From contig JAAFIG010000016.1 in assembly GCA_013298595.1 (NCBI GenBank), positions 10,338-74,337 of the forward strand: a stretch of DNA of 64,000 nucleotides, read 5' to 3'. Of this stretch, positions 1 through 8,670 are shown in pieces (position 1 is the stretch's first letter; every line of letters begins with the position of its first letter). Made by a program: the position numbers and the translations under genes. The stretch comes from Deinococcales bacterium (GTDB lineage: Bacteria; Deinococcota; Deinococci; Deinococcales; JAAFIG01). The notes below the pieces were generated by a model, which saw only the letters and a program-made list of their open reading frames with translations, searched no databases and was not told the DNA's origin.

Positions 1-548
1 AAATGCAAATCACCACACTCAAATTGATAAGGCAAATCAGGATTTTCTAAAACCAGACTATCAATAAAAAACCAGACTCGAGCTTGGTTCTGGTAATGCC
101 AAACTACAGCTCCAGAAAAAACCGTGTTTTGCAATTGCTCAAACAACAAAGCTGGGTCTATCTGGGCTGCTAACACAGATTCCCAAATGGGTTGTGTTGG
201 TAATACCATGATTGTTTCTAGCGTTGTCATAGGTAATTTTCGTAATTGGGCTTGACTATGGGCTAAGCGTACTCTGGCTCGAGATAAACCTCGGCTGCGG
301 GTTTCGATACCCGTTTCGGTTTCGCACCAAGCTTGGGACAGTTTACCTTGCACAAAAAACATCACTGCAAAAACCCTATTGGCTTCTCGAACCAAGATAC
401 AGCCATTAAAATGCTCGTACTGCAAGCCAGCAATAAATGGTTGCGTAATTTCCGAGCCTTCAATCCAAGCTGCACCTTCGACCTGCAAAGCTGCCATGAT
501 TTCAGCAAACGCAACAGGCGATAATACCTCGAGCAACCCAACTTCCAT
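1..548 (-). CDS. hypothetical protein (N-terminal part; ORF runs off the left edge)
   Basis: Manual minus-strand translation from ATG 548..546 gives an uninterrupted frame of at least 182 codons (MEVGLLEVLSPVAFAEIMAALQVEGAAW...QFECGDLH) down to position 1. It is absent from the ORF track because it has no stop in the window. It lies 41 nt downstream of the kptA stop on the same strand. No family recognised. Confidence 0.5.
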   Translation of the reverse strand, partial: MEVGLLEVLSPVAFAEIMAALQVEGAAWIEGSEITQPFIAGLQYEHFNGCILVREANRVFAVMFFVQGKLSQAWCETETGIETRSRGLSRARVRLAHSQAQLRKLPMTTLETIMVLPTQPIWESVLAAQIDPALLFEQLQNTVFSGAVVWHYQNQARVWFFIDSLVLENPDLPYQFECGDLH

Positions 549-589
549 ATTGCTAAGCGTAACATTTACGACCCTTGCACCTCGAGAAA

Positions 590-1141
590 CTACGACCCTT
601 GTACCTCGAGAAACTCCGTTGGGACAGCATCTACCAGCCAAACACCATTTTCAGAACAATAAAACTGGTGCCCAGCATTGTGCATCTCGAGCGCTCGAAT
701 ATGCAAAATAACAGGTTTACCATGCCGACTACCAACCCGAAAAGCTGTTTCCAAATCTTTAGACAAATGCACATGATGTCGGTTCATACGCTGCAAACCA
801 GTCTCGAGAATAGAAGCAACAGACCCGATGGTTGTGCCATGAAACAATAGCTCTGGTGGCTCGAGTGGAATTAATGCCAGATCAACCTCTACACTATGTC
901 CCTGATTTGCCCGAATTTTACTGCCACTGGTGTCAAAACTAAAACGCTGCTTATCGTTCAGACGTACCACATCATTCAGTTCGGCTCGAGAAATGGTAAA
1001 GCCTTTACGATTCAAAGCTGTTAATAAAGCATCTACTGCCACCCAACCAGCCTCCTCGAGTTTCAAACCCAGACTTTCAGGTTTATGACGCAAGGCTTTG
1101 GACATGGTTTTACTTATTTGTACAACACGATTGTTTTCCAT
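590..1141 (-). CDS. kptA: RNA 2'-phosphotransferase (Tpt1/KptA family)
   Basis: Track ORF 590..1210. KptA-type motifs are present: SKALRHKPESLGL, RFSF..SKIRANQGHS, LFHGT, HHVHLS, NGVWL. Start placed at Met24 (ATG 1141) by comparison with the E. coli KptA N-terminus; the longest ORF would start at 1210. Confidence 0.85.
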   Translation of the reverse strand: MENNRVVQISKTMSKALRHKPESLGLKLEEAGWVAVDALLTALNRKGFTISRAELNDVVRLNDKQRFSFDTSGSKIRANQGHSVEVDLALIPLEPPELLFHGTTIGSVASILETGLQRMNRHHVHLSKDLETAFRVGSRHGKPVILHIRALEMHNAGHQFYCSENGVWLVDAVPTEFLEVQGS

Positions 1142-1252
1142 AGGCTCTATTGTGCCGCAAAACACTGGCAATTGACTCTGCGAGATGGCGTAGCCAAATT
1201 CTAAGCGCATAGACCAATGGCAAAACCACGGTCATGCGTTAAACTCGAGCCT

Positions 1253-2254
1253 ATGTCCATCGAGCTTTCGGTTCTCGGCAATGCGGGTCAGGATAATGCT
1301 GCTTTTGTCAAAATAGACACAGGTCAGGCAATTCATAGATTGCTTTTTGACTGTGGTGAAAATACCATCTCGAGTCTTGAGTATAACGAAATCCTCAGCA
1401 TAGATCAGGTTTTTTTCTCGCATTTACATATGGATCATATTGCTGGTTTTGATGGTTTTTTTCGGGGTTTATACGCTCGAGATAGCAAAAAAAATATGAT
1501 TTGGGGTCCAAACCACACGGCTCGGATTATGCAACACCGATTTTGCGGCACCTTATGGAATTTACATCACATTATGAACGCCACTTGGCACGTCCACGAC
1601 ATTCTCGAGGATATGATTCGCCCATACCGTTACGAATTATCAGATGCTTTTGAAAATGCGTATCTCGAGCCAAAAAAACCAAATACAGGCGTTGTTCTCA
1701 AGCACCCAGATTACAATGTGCAAGCGATTATTCTTGACCATAAAACCCCAAGCATCGCTTATATTATTCGTGAGACCGACCATACCAACCTCGAGCCTGA
1801 ACGTATGAAAGCATTGGGTTTACAACCAGGTGCTTGGGTACGCGATCTGAAAAACCCAAACTTTGCAGCAGAAATTCTGATGATTGCAGGGAAATCTTAT
1901 CCAGTCAAAGCGTTACGCGAAGAATTGCTAAGCACTACTCGAGGTGATAGCGTTGCTTACCTAACCGATTTTATTCTTAATCAAGAAGCCGTGGATAAAC
2001 TCCGACCCGCCTTACAGGGTGTGCGTTTAATGCTTTGTGAAAGCCAGTATTTGCACATTGATCTCGAGATGGCAGAACGCAATTATCACATGACCAACAA
2101 ACAAGTGGCAGAGTTAGCTGCTAAATCTGGTGTTCAAGAGTTAATGCTCTTTCATATCTCGGAACGCTACAACCTCGAGGAACGCCAACAAATGCTTACT
2201 GAAACCCAAAAGATATTTGCTAACAGCAAATTTCCAAATCACTGGGAAATCTAA
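1253..2254 (+). CDS. MBL-fold metallo-hydrolase, RNase Z/BN-like
   Basis: Track ORF 1217..2254. HLHMDH (HxHxDH) metallo-beta-lactamase motif. Start moved to ATG 1253 (MSIELSVLGNAG), leaving a 111-nt divergent region with kptA. Confidence 0.75.
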   Translation: MSIELSVLGNAGQDNAAFVKIDTGQAIHRLLFDCGENTISSLEYNEILSIDQVFFSHLHMDHIAGFDGFFRGLYARDSKKNMIWGPNHTARIMQHRFCGTLWNLHHIMNATWHVHDILEDMIRPYRYELSDAFENAYLEPKKPNTGVVLKHPDYNVQAIILDHKTPSIAYIIRETDHTNLEPERMKALGLQPGAWVRDLKNPNFAAEILMIAGKSYPVKALREELLSTTRGDSVAYLTDFILNQEAVDKLRPALQGVRLMLCESQYLHIDLEMAERNYHMTNKQVAELAAKSGVQELMLFHISERYNLEERQQMLTETQKIFANSKFPNHWEI

Positions 2255-2321
2255 AGTATCACTGTGCAAAATCTCATCAAAAAACAGGGAAAATCATAAA
2301 AACCACTACTATGCTCGAAGT

Positions 2322-2756
2322 ATGAAAAAATTTTTGTTTATACTGATACTTGGCACAATGACATTAGCTGCACCATTTACACCAAAAGACCAAACCCTTG
2401 CCAGCCTAACCAAACTCGAGAATGCTTGGAAAGCCCAGAAAATCAAAAACTATAGTTTCACCCTCGAGCGATCCTGCTTTTGCGCCCCAAAAAGTGGTTC
2501 GATGCAATTTAAAGTCAGTAATGGCACAAGCAAAATCAGTAATGTCAGCAAAGGCTTAAATGCCAACGATCTGATGGCATTCTCGAGTATCGAAAAGCTG
2601 TACTCCAGAATGAAAACTGTCCTGCAAAAAGGTGGACGAGTTGCCTTAGTCATGTACTCACAACGTGGTTATCCAACCCAGATTACGCTTGACCAGAACA
2701 TCAAAACCACCGATGACGAATTGTATTTAACGATTTCAAATTTCAAGACATTTTGA
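2322..2756 (+). CDS. secreted protein of unknown function (DUF6174-like pattern)
   Basis: Track ORF 2217..2756. Internal ATG 2322 gives the signal peptide MKKFLFILILGTMTLAAPF. The W..KIKNYSFTLERSCFC pattern is reminiscent of DUF6174. Confidence 0.6.
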   Translation: MKKFLFILILGTMTLAAPFTPKDQTLASLTKLENAWKAQKIKNYSFTLERSCFCAPKSGSMQFKVSNGTSKISNVSKGLNANDLMAFSSIEKLYSRMKTVLQKGGRVALVMYSQRGYPTQITLDQNIKTTDDELYLTISNFKTF

Positions 2757-2763
2757 TTATCGT

Positions 2764-3084
2764 TCATGGGATCGATACAACTCTGACAGCTTGACCATGA
2801 ACTTGCTTGTATGCCTCGAGCACTTCTGTCAGTTCAACATTTTCTTGACGCGCTAATCGTTCAATAAAAGGCACAAACCACATCACCCCAGCAATCTCGA
2901 GATGATTTTTCCATTGTGGCTCGAGGGCTTGTTGGGCACTAAATCGCCCATAGCCACTGCTGTGTCCGCTGCCTTCCCAGAAAATAATCGGGTTTTTTTG
3001 GTCATCTGGGACAAAATCTACGCCATATGGAAAAGATTGTCTTGTGCCCTGCCCAAGTTCGTAAATATTTTCTGTCATACGCAA
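2764..3084 (-). CDS. hypothetical protein
   Basis: Intact 106-codon ORF with ordinary composition; no family recognised. Its only competitor is the non-credible 5' extension of plus ORF 2902..3738. Confidence 0.45.
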   Translation of the reverse strand: MRMTENIYELGQGTRQSFPYGVDFVPDDQKNPIIFWEGSGHSSGYGRFSAQQALEPQWKNHLEIAGVMWFVPFIERLARQENVELTEVLEAYKQVHGQAVRVVSIP

Positions 3085-3207
3085 ATTCTAATCTGTTTTC
3101 AAATCAGAAATAACGCTCGAGGGAAAAGCGTGGTTGTGCAAAAATCACAGGTACTTCTTGGATCTCATGTTAACCTCCTGAGCGTAAAAACTCGAGGAGA
3201 TTTTTTA

Positions 3208-3738
3208 ATGAATTACATTTTCAAAGCACTATTTATCTTAGCTTTTTTAACTGCTTGTGGACCATCTTTATATCCTTCAGGGACTCGTGGTAACCCTGTA
3301 CCAACTTCCCGAACTGTGGTAGCTAAAGTACAAAGTAATAACGAGACATTTGTACGAGTTGCTGGTCCAGCAGGTTTACTACCAGCCAGTATTTTTGCCC
3401 AAGAAGAATTGAAATTCACCAGTTATAACGAAATCGCTCCTGGTGCAACACGGCGCATTATCGTTAATTGGATTGAACAAGTTTCAACAAATGCACCAAC
3501 CAATTGGAAATTAGAAATTGTGCGTCAAGAAGGTGTTGCTACAATTACAGAATCACGATCTACTGGTACAGGCATCTCATATAAAGTTTCTTATACACTT
3601 GAATTAATTGTCAGTGTCAAAGTTCCAGCAGGTACACCTGCTGGTTCGTATCCAATCACCATGACCATTGCAGAAATAGCGCGCAAACAAAATACTGGAC
3701 CTGTATACCTGAATCTCGAAGTGCCAAAATCTGAGTAA
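3208..3738 (+). CDS. lipoprotein of unknown function
   Basis: ATG 3208 is preceded by GGAGA (3196-3200). MNYIFKALFILAFLTAC carries a lipobox (LTAC). The track ORF start at 2902 is a spurious upstream extension. Confidence 0.65.
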   Translation: MNYIFKALFILAFLTACGPSLYPSGTRGNPVPTSRTVVAKVQSNNETFVRVAGPAGLLPASIFAQEELKFTSYNEIAPGATRRIIVNWIEQVSTNAPTNWKLEIVRQEGVATITESRSTGTGISYKVSYTLELIVSVKVPAGTPAGSYPITMTIAEIARKQNTGPVYLNLEVPKSE

Positions 3739-3748
3739 ACACATTAAC

Positions 3749-3783
3749 AAAAACTGCCGCGCAAGTTGCGCGGCAGTTTTTAT
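3749..3783. terminator. bidirectional rho-independent terminator
   Basis: CTGCCGCGC-AAGTT-GCGCGGCAG: a 9-bp GC-rich stem (3754-3776) with an A-run upstream and a T-run downstream. It lies between the convergent lipoprotein gene and lepA. Confidence 0.7.
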
Positions 3784-5580
3784 TTATTCGTCACTCGAGA
3801 GAACTGCTAAGAAAGCTTCTTGTGGCACTTCGACTGTGCCAATGGATTTCATGCGTTTGCGTCCTTTTTTCTGCTTATCAAGCAGTTTCTTTTTACGGCT
3901 GATATCGCCACCGTAACATTTGGCAAGCACATCTTTGCGGTAGGCTTTAACCGTGGCTCGAGCAATAATTTTTGCACCAATAGCTGCTTGGATGGGTACT
4001 GGGAACATTTGTCTTGGGATGACATCGCTCATTTTGTCGACAATTTTTCTGCCCATAAATTCGGATTTATCGCGGTGGCAAATAATTGCCAGTGCATCGA
4101 CAATTTCGTTGTTGACCAGAATACCAACCTTTACCAAATCGTTTTCTTGGTAGCCAATTTGTTCGTAATCCATACTGGCATAACCTCGAGACAAGCTTTT
4201 TAAGCGGTCATGGAAATCGTAGAGCACTTCACCAAAGGGTACTTCGTAGCGTAGTTCGACGCGTTTACCAACATAAACCATATCTTTCATGTTGCCGCGT
4301 TTCTCGACCAGTAATTGCATGGCACTACCAACGTATTCTTCGGGCAATATAACCGACAGTTTAATGTATGGCTCTTCGATTTTGTCTACGCGATCTGGGG
4401 TTGGTAGTTGCGCTGGGTTTTGCATTTCAAAAACGGTACCATCGGTTTTGGTGACTCGGTAAACCACACTTGGAGCTGTGGCAATTAAATCCAAATCAAA
4501 TTCGCGCTCGAGGCGTTCTTGAACAACTTCGGCGTGAAGTAAGCCCAAAAACCCGCAACGAAAACCAAAGCCGAGCGCTTCGGAAGTTTCAGGTTCAAAG
4601 TGCAGCGCGGCATCGTTGAGTTGTAATTTCTCGAGGGCTTCGCGCATTCGGGGATAATCCGCTGTTTCGGTGGGGTATAAACCACTAAAAACCACAGGTT
4701 GTGATGGTTTGAATCCGGGGAATGGCTCGAGGGTAGGGCGGGTTGCACCAGTCACGGTATCGCCCACTTGGGCATCGTGGATGTCTTTGATATTGGCAGT
4801 GAACCAACCCACTTCACCTGCGCTGAGGGTATCAGTTTTTTCTAAGGCTGGGCGGAAAACACCGACTTCATCTACGATGCACTCTTTTTCGGTGTTCCAG
4901 AATTTCACTCGGTCACCCGATTTTAAGCCTCCCTCGAGCACTCGGATGAACGGGATCACACCTTGGTAACTGGTGTAAACACTATCAAAAACAAGGGCTT
5001 TGAGTGGATTACTGGCTTCCCCTGCGGGTGCAGGGATACGTTCGATGATTGCCTCGAGAATTTCGACCACACCTTCGCCTGTTTTACCACTGGCAAATAA
5101 GGCGTTCTCGGCAGGAATACCAATCACTTCCTCGAGTTCCATCGCACTTTCCACTGGCATGGCACTGGGTAAATCTATTTTATTGACGATTGGCACAATA
5201 ACTAAGTTACTTTCGACTGCTAAGTACGCATTAACAATGGTTTGGGCTTCGACCCCTTGGCTAGCATCCACCAGCAACAGCACACCTTCGCAAGCGGCTA
5301 GGCTTCTCGAGACTTCATAATTGAAATCCACGTGTCCTGGGGTATCTATCAAGTGAAAAGTGTAATGTTCACCGTTTTTAGCTAAGTAATCTAAACGCAC
5401 AGGGGTGGCTTTAATGGTGATACCACGTTCGCGTTCCAAGTCGAGGGTATCGAGGGTTTGTTCGCGTTTATCACGAGCTGTCATTGCGCCACAAATCTCG
5501 AGGATTCGGTCTGCTAAGGTGCTTTTACCATGGTCTACATGGGCAATGATTGAAAAATTTCGGATGTTAGTGTTGCTCAC
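3784..5580 (-). CDS. lepA: elongation factor 4 (LepA)
   Basis: 598 aa. GTPase motifs [21 protein letters not shown], plus a LepA-type C-terminal domain; colinear with E. coli LepA. Confidence 0.97.
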   Translation of the reverse strand: MSNTNIRNFSIIAHVDHGKSTLADRILEICGAMTARDKREQTLDTLDLERERGITIKATPVRLDYLAKNGEHYTFHLIDTPGHVDFNYEVSRSLAACEGVLLLVDASQGVEAQTIVNAYLAVESNLVIVPIVNKIDLPSAMPVESAMELEEVIGIPAENALFASGKTGEGVVEILEAIIERIPAPAGEASNPLKALVFDSVYTSYQGVIPFIRVLEGGLKSGDRVKFWNTEKECIVDEVGVFRPALEKTDTLSAGEVGWFTANIKDIHDAQVGDTVTGATRPTLEPFPGFKPSQPVVFSGLYPTETADYPRMREALEKLQLNDAALHFEPETSEALGFGFRCGFLGLLHAEVVQERLEREFDLDLIATAPSVVYRVTKTDGTVFEMQNPAQLPTPDRVDKIEEPYIKLSVILPEEYVGSAMQLLVEKRGNMKDMVYVGKRVELRYEVPFGEVLYDFHDRLKSLSRGYASMDYEQIGYQENDLVKVGILVNNEIVDALAIICHRDKSEFMGRKIVDKMSDVIPRQMFPVPIQAAIGAKIIARATVKAYRKDVLAKCYGGDISRKKKLLDKQKKGRKRMKSIGTVEVPQEAFLAVLSSDE

Positions 5581-5666
5581 AATAGTTGTTAGTGTATCAG
5601 GTGTTCACAGGGGCGTTTGCTGCTTTTGTGAGAAACCAACTCACATATCGGTTTTAGCCTAGGTCT

Positions 5667-6821
5667 ATGGAAATGTTTGATATGGCAGTGATTGGTGCTG
5701 GTTTAGCAGGACTCGAGGTTACTCGAGCGCTTAGCCAACGTGGTTTGAGTGTACTTTTGGTGGATCGTAAAGCTGATATTGCACGTCATGTACATACCAC
5801 TGGTATTTTTGTTCGTAAAACTCTCGAGGATTTTGCCATACCCGATTTTTGTCTAGGCGAAGCTGTTAAACATGTCAATTTGTACTCCCCTGCTCGGCAA
5901 GTACTGGCACTCAGCAGCCCTCATGATGAATTCCGAGTTGGGCGTATGGGCAAGTTATATGGGCATTTACTCGAGCAAGGCTTAAATGCAGGCGCAGTAT
6001 TTTCCAATGCAACACATTTGCGCGGCATCAGCAAATCCAGCCGAGGCAGTGTTTTACATCTCGAGCGTCATGGGCAAAGTATGCCAACCCAAGCACGTTT
6101 TGTCATTGGGGCTGATGGCGCTGTCTCGAAGGTGGCGCAAGAGTTACGGCTCGAGCAAAATAAAGAATTTATTATTGGGGTCGAAGATGTGCTAGAAGGC
6201 GTGCCACTGGTTGGCGAACCCTGTTTTCATGTGTATATCGAACCCAAACTTGCTCCTGGTTATATTGCATGGGTGGTTCATGATGGCGAACACGTTCATC
6301 TGGGTACAGGCGGTTACGCAGCTCAATTCGATGCGGCTCAGGCACTCGAGGTTTTTCGGGCAAGTGTCAGTACGCAATTTGATTTTTCTAAGGCTAAACG
6401 GCTCGAGCGGCGTGGTGGCAGAATTCCTGTGGGTGGAGTTCTAAAAAACATTGTGCATTCCAGAGGTTTACTGCTTGGTGACGCAGCAGGTGCAGTCAGC
6501 CCATTAACCGCTGGTGGGCTTGACCCTGCTATTCGACTTGCCAATTTTGCTGCCCATATTCTCGAGCGGCACCTTGGTGGTGATGCAACAGCTCTTGAAA
6601 CATATAACGGCAGCGCTTGGCGAACCCGATTCACTTCTCGGTTATGGATGCGACGCTTGTTAAGCAGCGTCACACAACCACAATTACTCGAGCTTGGTTT
6701 TGCTGCCCTAAAACTCGAGCCTTTTAAATCTGTGGCATGGCATGTGTTTTTTGGACGAGGTGGCAGTTTCCCTGAACTCGAGCCAAAAACAAATTTAGCT
6801 ATTGCCCATCAACGCTCTTGA
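5667..6821 (+). CDS. FAD-dependent oxidoreductase, geranylgeranyl reductase/FixC-like
   Basis: N-terminal dinucleotide fold VIGAGLAGLEVTRAL...LLVDRK, and later a GDAAG motif; 384 aa. Confidence 0.8.
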   Translation: MEMFDMAVIGAGLAGLEVTRALSQRGLSVLLVDRKADIARHVHTTGIFVRKTLEDFAIPDFCLGEAVKHVNLYSPARQVLALSSPHDEFRVGRMGKLYGHLLEQGLNAGAVFSNATHLRGISKSSRGSVLHLERHGQSMPTQARFVIGADGAVSKVAQELRLEQNKEFIIGVEDVLEGVPLVGEPCFHVYIEPKLAPGYIAWVVHDGEHVHLGTGGYAAQFDAAQALEVFRASVSTQFDFSKAKRLERRGGRIPVGGVLKNIVHSRGLLLGDAAGAVSPLTAGGLDPAIRLANFAAHILERHLGGDATALETYNGSAWRTRFTSRLWMRRLLSSVTQPQLLELGFAALKLEPFKSVAWHVFFGRGGSFPELEPKTNLAIAHQRS

Positions 6822-8670
6822 CTTCTCATATAGCTCTGTCAAAATACGAGTTGCTGTGATTTTCTTACCGAAACGCGAAAAAACCAAACGCCCGCCCAGC
6901 AATCCATTGTATGGCATGGCATTACTTTTTACTGTACTACTTGGTTTATATGCGCTGCGTTTACATTACTTACAAATTATAGAGTATCAACGTTACACCA
7001 CCATGTCCAAAGATAATCGGCTGCAACCACGTTCTTTACGGGCTGTGCGCGGCGAAATCCGAGCCTCCGATGGAACACTACTGGTCACCAATCGTAATGC
7101 TGTTGAACTTGTGTACAAAGGTGGCGAAATAAAACAACTCGAGCGTATTGCCAGATTGGCTGGTTTTACATTACCAATCGAACAACCAAAAGATGGCGAA
7201 TACGAAATTGTTGTTAAAAAAGATGTTCCTGAAAGCAATATTCCTGCTCTCGAGGAATGGTTGGCTGGGCAGCAAGAAGTGCTCGAGTTACGGTACCGAG
7301 TGCAACGCACTTATCCGAGTGGTTTAGCTGGCAATTTACTTGGGTATATGGAACCAGCCAATGCTGATGATCTCGAGTTAAAAGATGCCAATGGTAACCC
7401 GCTCTACGACACCGAGGATTTAGTACCAAAAGCGGGTCTGGAAGCGGGCTTAGAGACTTTATTACATGGTCAGCATGGCGAAAAACTCGAGGAAGTGGAT
7501 TCTAAAGGGCGAGTGGTGGTCGGACGTGACCGTGTGGTGCGTGAAGCAGCCCGTGGCAAAACAATTACACTCTCATTGATTCCAAAATTACAACGTGCTG
7601 CCGAAAAAGCCATTGAAGAAGCCAAAGATGAAATTAATGCAAAAAATCGTCAGCATGGCGTTGCTTTAATTTCTAAAGCTCGAGGGGCAATCGTGGCTTT
7701 AAATCCTAAAACAGGGCAAATTCTGGCATTAGCAGTTGGTCCTAAGTACGATCCAAATTGGTTTTCAAGTCGTCCTCGAGACAAAAAAGCTGGTGAGGCT
7801 TTACTTGATAAATACTTACCCATGTGGAATCGGGCAGTCAAAATATTTGAACCTGGTAGCACATTTAAATTAGTCACCAATAGCGCATTACTCGAGGGTG
7901 GTGCAGGCAACCCGTATTTTCAATGTATGAGCACATATTACTTGGGTCGGGCGGCGTTTCGCAATTGGAATCGGTATCGGAATATGGGTTCTATGAATGC
8001 TCAGTTAGCCATTGCCAATTCGTGTAACACATGGTATTTCCAGAGTGCAGTACGTTTTGGCACACGGCGTTTTGCTGAAATGTTAGCCAAACGCGCTCGA
8101 GAATTTGGTTTTGGTGAACCAACTGGTATTGAACTGATTGGTGAAACAGGTGGTCTGGTGCCTAGTCCGACACAAATGGAAGCTGATGGTCGTCGAAAGT
8201 GGTATCCAGGCAATAGCCTGAATTATGCGATTGGTCAAGGTGATATGCGTGCCACTCCTTTACAGATTGCGCGGATGTTAGCAACCATTGTCAATGATGG
8301 TAAACGCCCTGAATTAACTTTGGTCAAAGCAGTAGATGGAAAAATTCAACCACCTAAACCAATGGTGCAACTGAGCGGCACACATTGGAGCACTTTAAAA
8401 CAAGGCATGGAAATTACAGTCACTCGAGGTACAGCTAAAGAAATCCTGCGTGATTTTCCAATCAGAACTGCTGGTAAAACAGGTACTGCCGAAAACCCTA
8501 AAGGTCCGAATCAAGACCATGCTTGGTACATGGGTTATGGTCCAGTGGCAGACCCTAATTTAGTAGTGGTTGCCTTTTTTGAAAATGGTGTCGAAGGTTC
8601 TGGTATTGCTTTGCCAGCCGTCCGAAAAGTCATGGCTGCGTATTGGAATATTCCGCTTACCAAAAAATAA
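6802..8670 (+). CDS. mrdA: penicillin-binding protein 2 (peptidoglycan D,D-transpeptidase)
   Basis: Transpeptidase triad SxxK (GSTFK), SxN (SCN), KTG (KTGTAE). N-terminal membrane anchor and PBP dimerisation region. The exact start is uncertain: ATG 6802 overlaps the upstream gene by 20 nt. Confidence 0.9.
   Translation: MPINALDFSYSSVKIRVAVIFLPKREKTKRPPSNPLYGMALLFTVLLGLYALRLHYLQIIEYQRYTTMSKDNRLQPRSLRAVRGEIRASDGTLLVTNRNAVELVYKGGEIKQLERIARLAGFTLPIEQPKDGEYEIVVKKDVPESNIPALEEWLAGQQEVLELRYRVQRTYPSGLAGNLLGYMEPANADDLELKDANGNPLYDTEDLVPKAGLEAGLETLLHGQHGEKLEEVDSKGRVVVGRDRVVREAARGKTITLSLIPKLQRAAEKAIEEAKDEINAKNRQHGVALISKARGAIVALNPKTGQILALAVGPKYDPNWFSSRPRDKKAGEALLDKYLPMWNRAVKIFEPGSTFKLVTNSALLEGGAGNPYFQCMSTYYLGRAAFRNWNRYRNMGSMNAQLAIANSCNTWYFQSAVRFGTRRFAEMLAKRAREFGFGEPTGIELIGETGGLVPSPTQMEADGRRKWYPGNSLNYAIGQGDMRATPLQIARMLATIVNDGKRPELTLVKAVDGKIQPPKPMVQLSGTHWSTLKQGMEITVTRGTAKEILRDFPIRTAGKTGTAENPKGPNQDHAWYMGYGPVADPNLVVVAFFENGVEGSGIALPAVRKVMAAYWNIPLTKK

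Noticed and set aside
333-711. Track ORFs 333..524(+), 379..711(+), 362..565(-), 575..850(+)
   Set aside because: They have low-complexity or odd composition. They overlap the long open minus-strand frame 1..548 and the kptA gene, so they are most simply shadow ORFs.
3820-5662. Plus-strand ORFs inside lepA (3820..4203, 3953..4153, 4670..4969, 5000..5320, 5405..5662) and minus ORF 4485..4748
   Set aside because: They are antisense or out of frame relative to a full-length, highly conserved lepA. Their Ser/Ala/Pro-rich products are typical of shadow frames.
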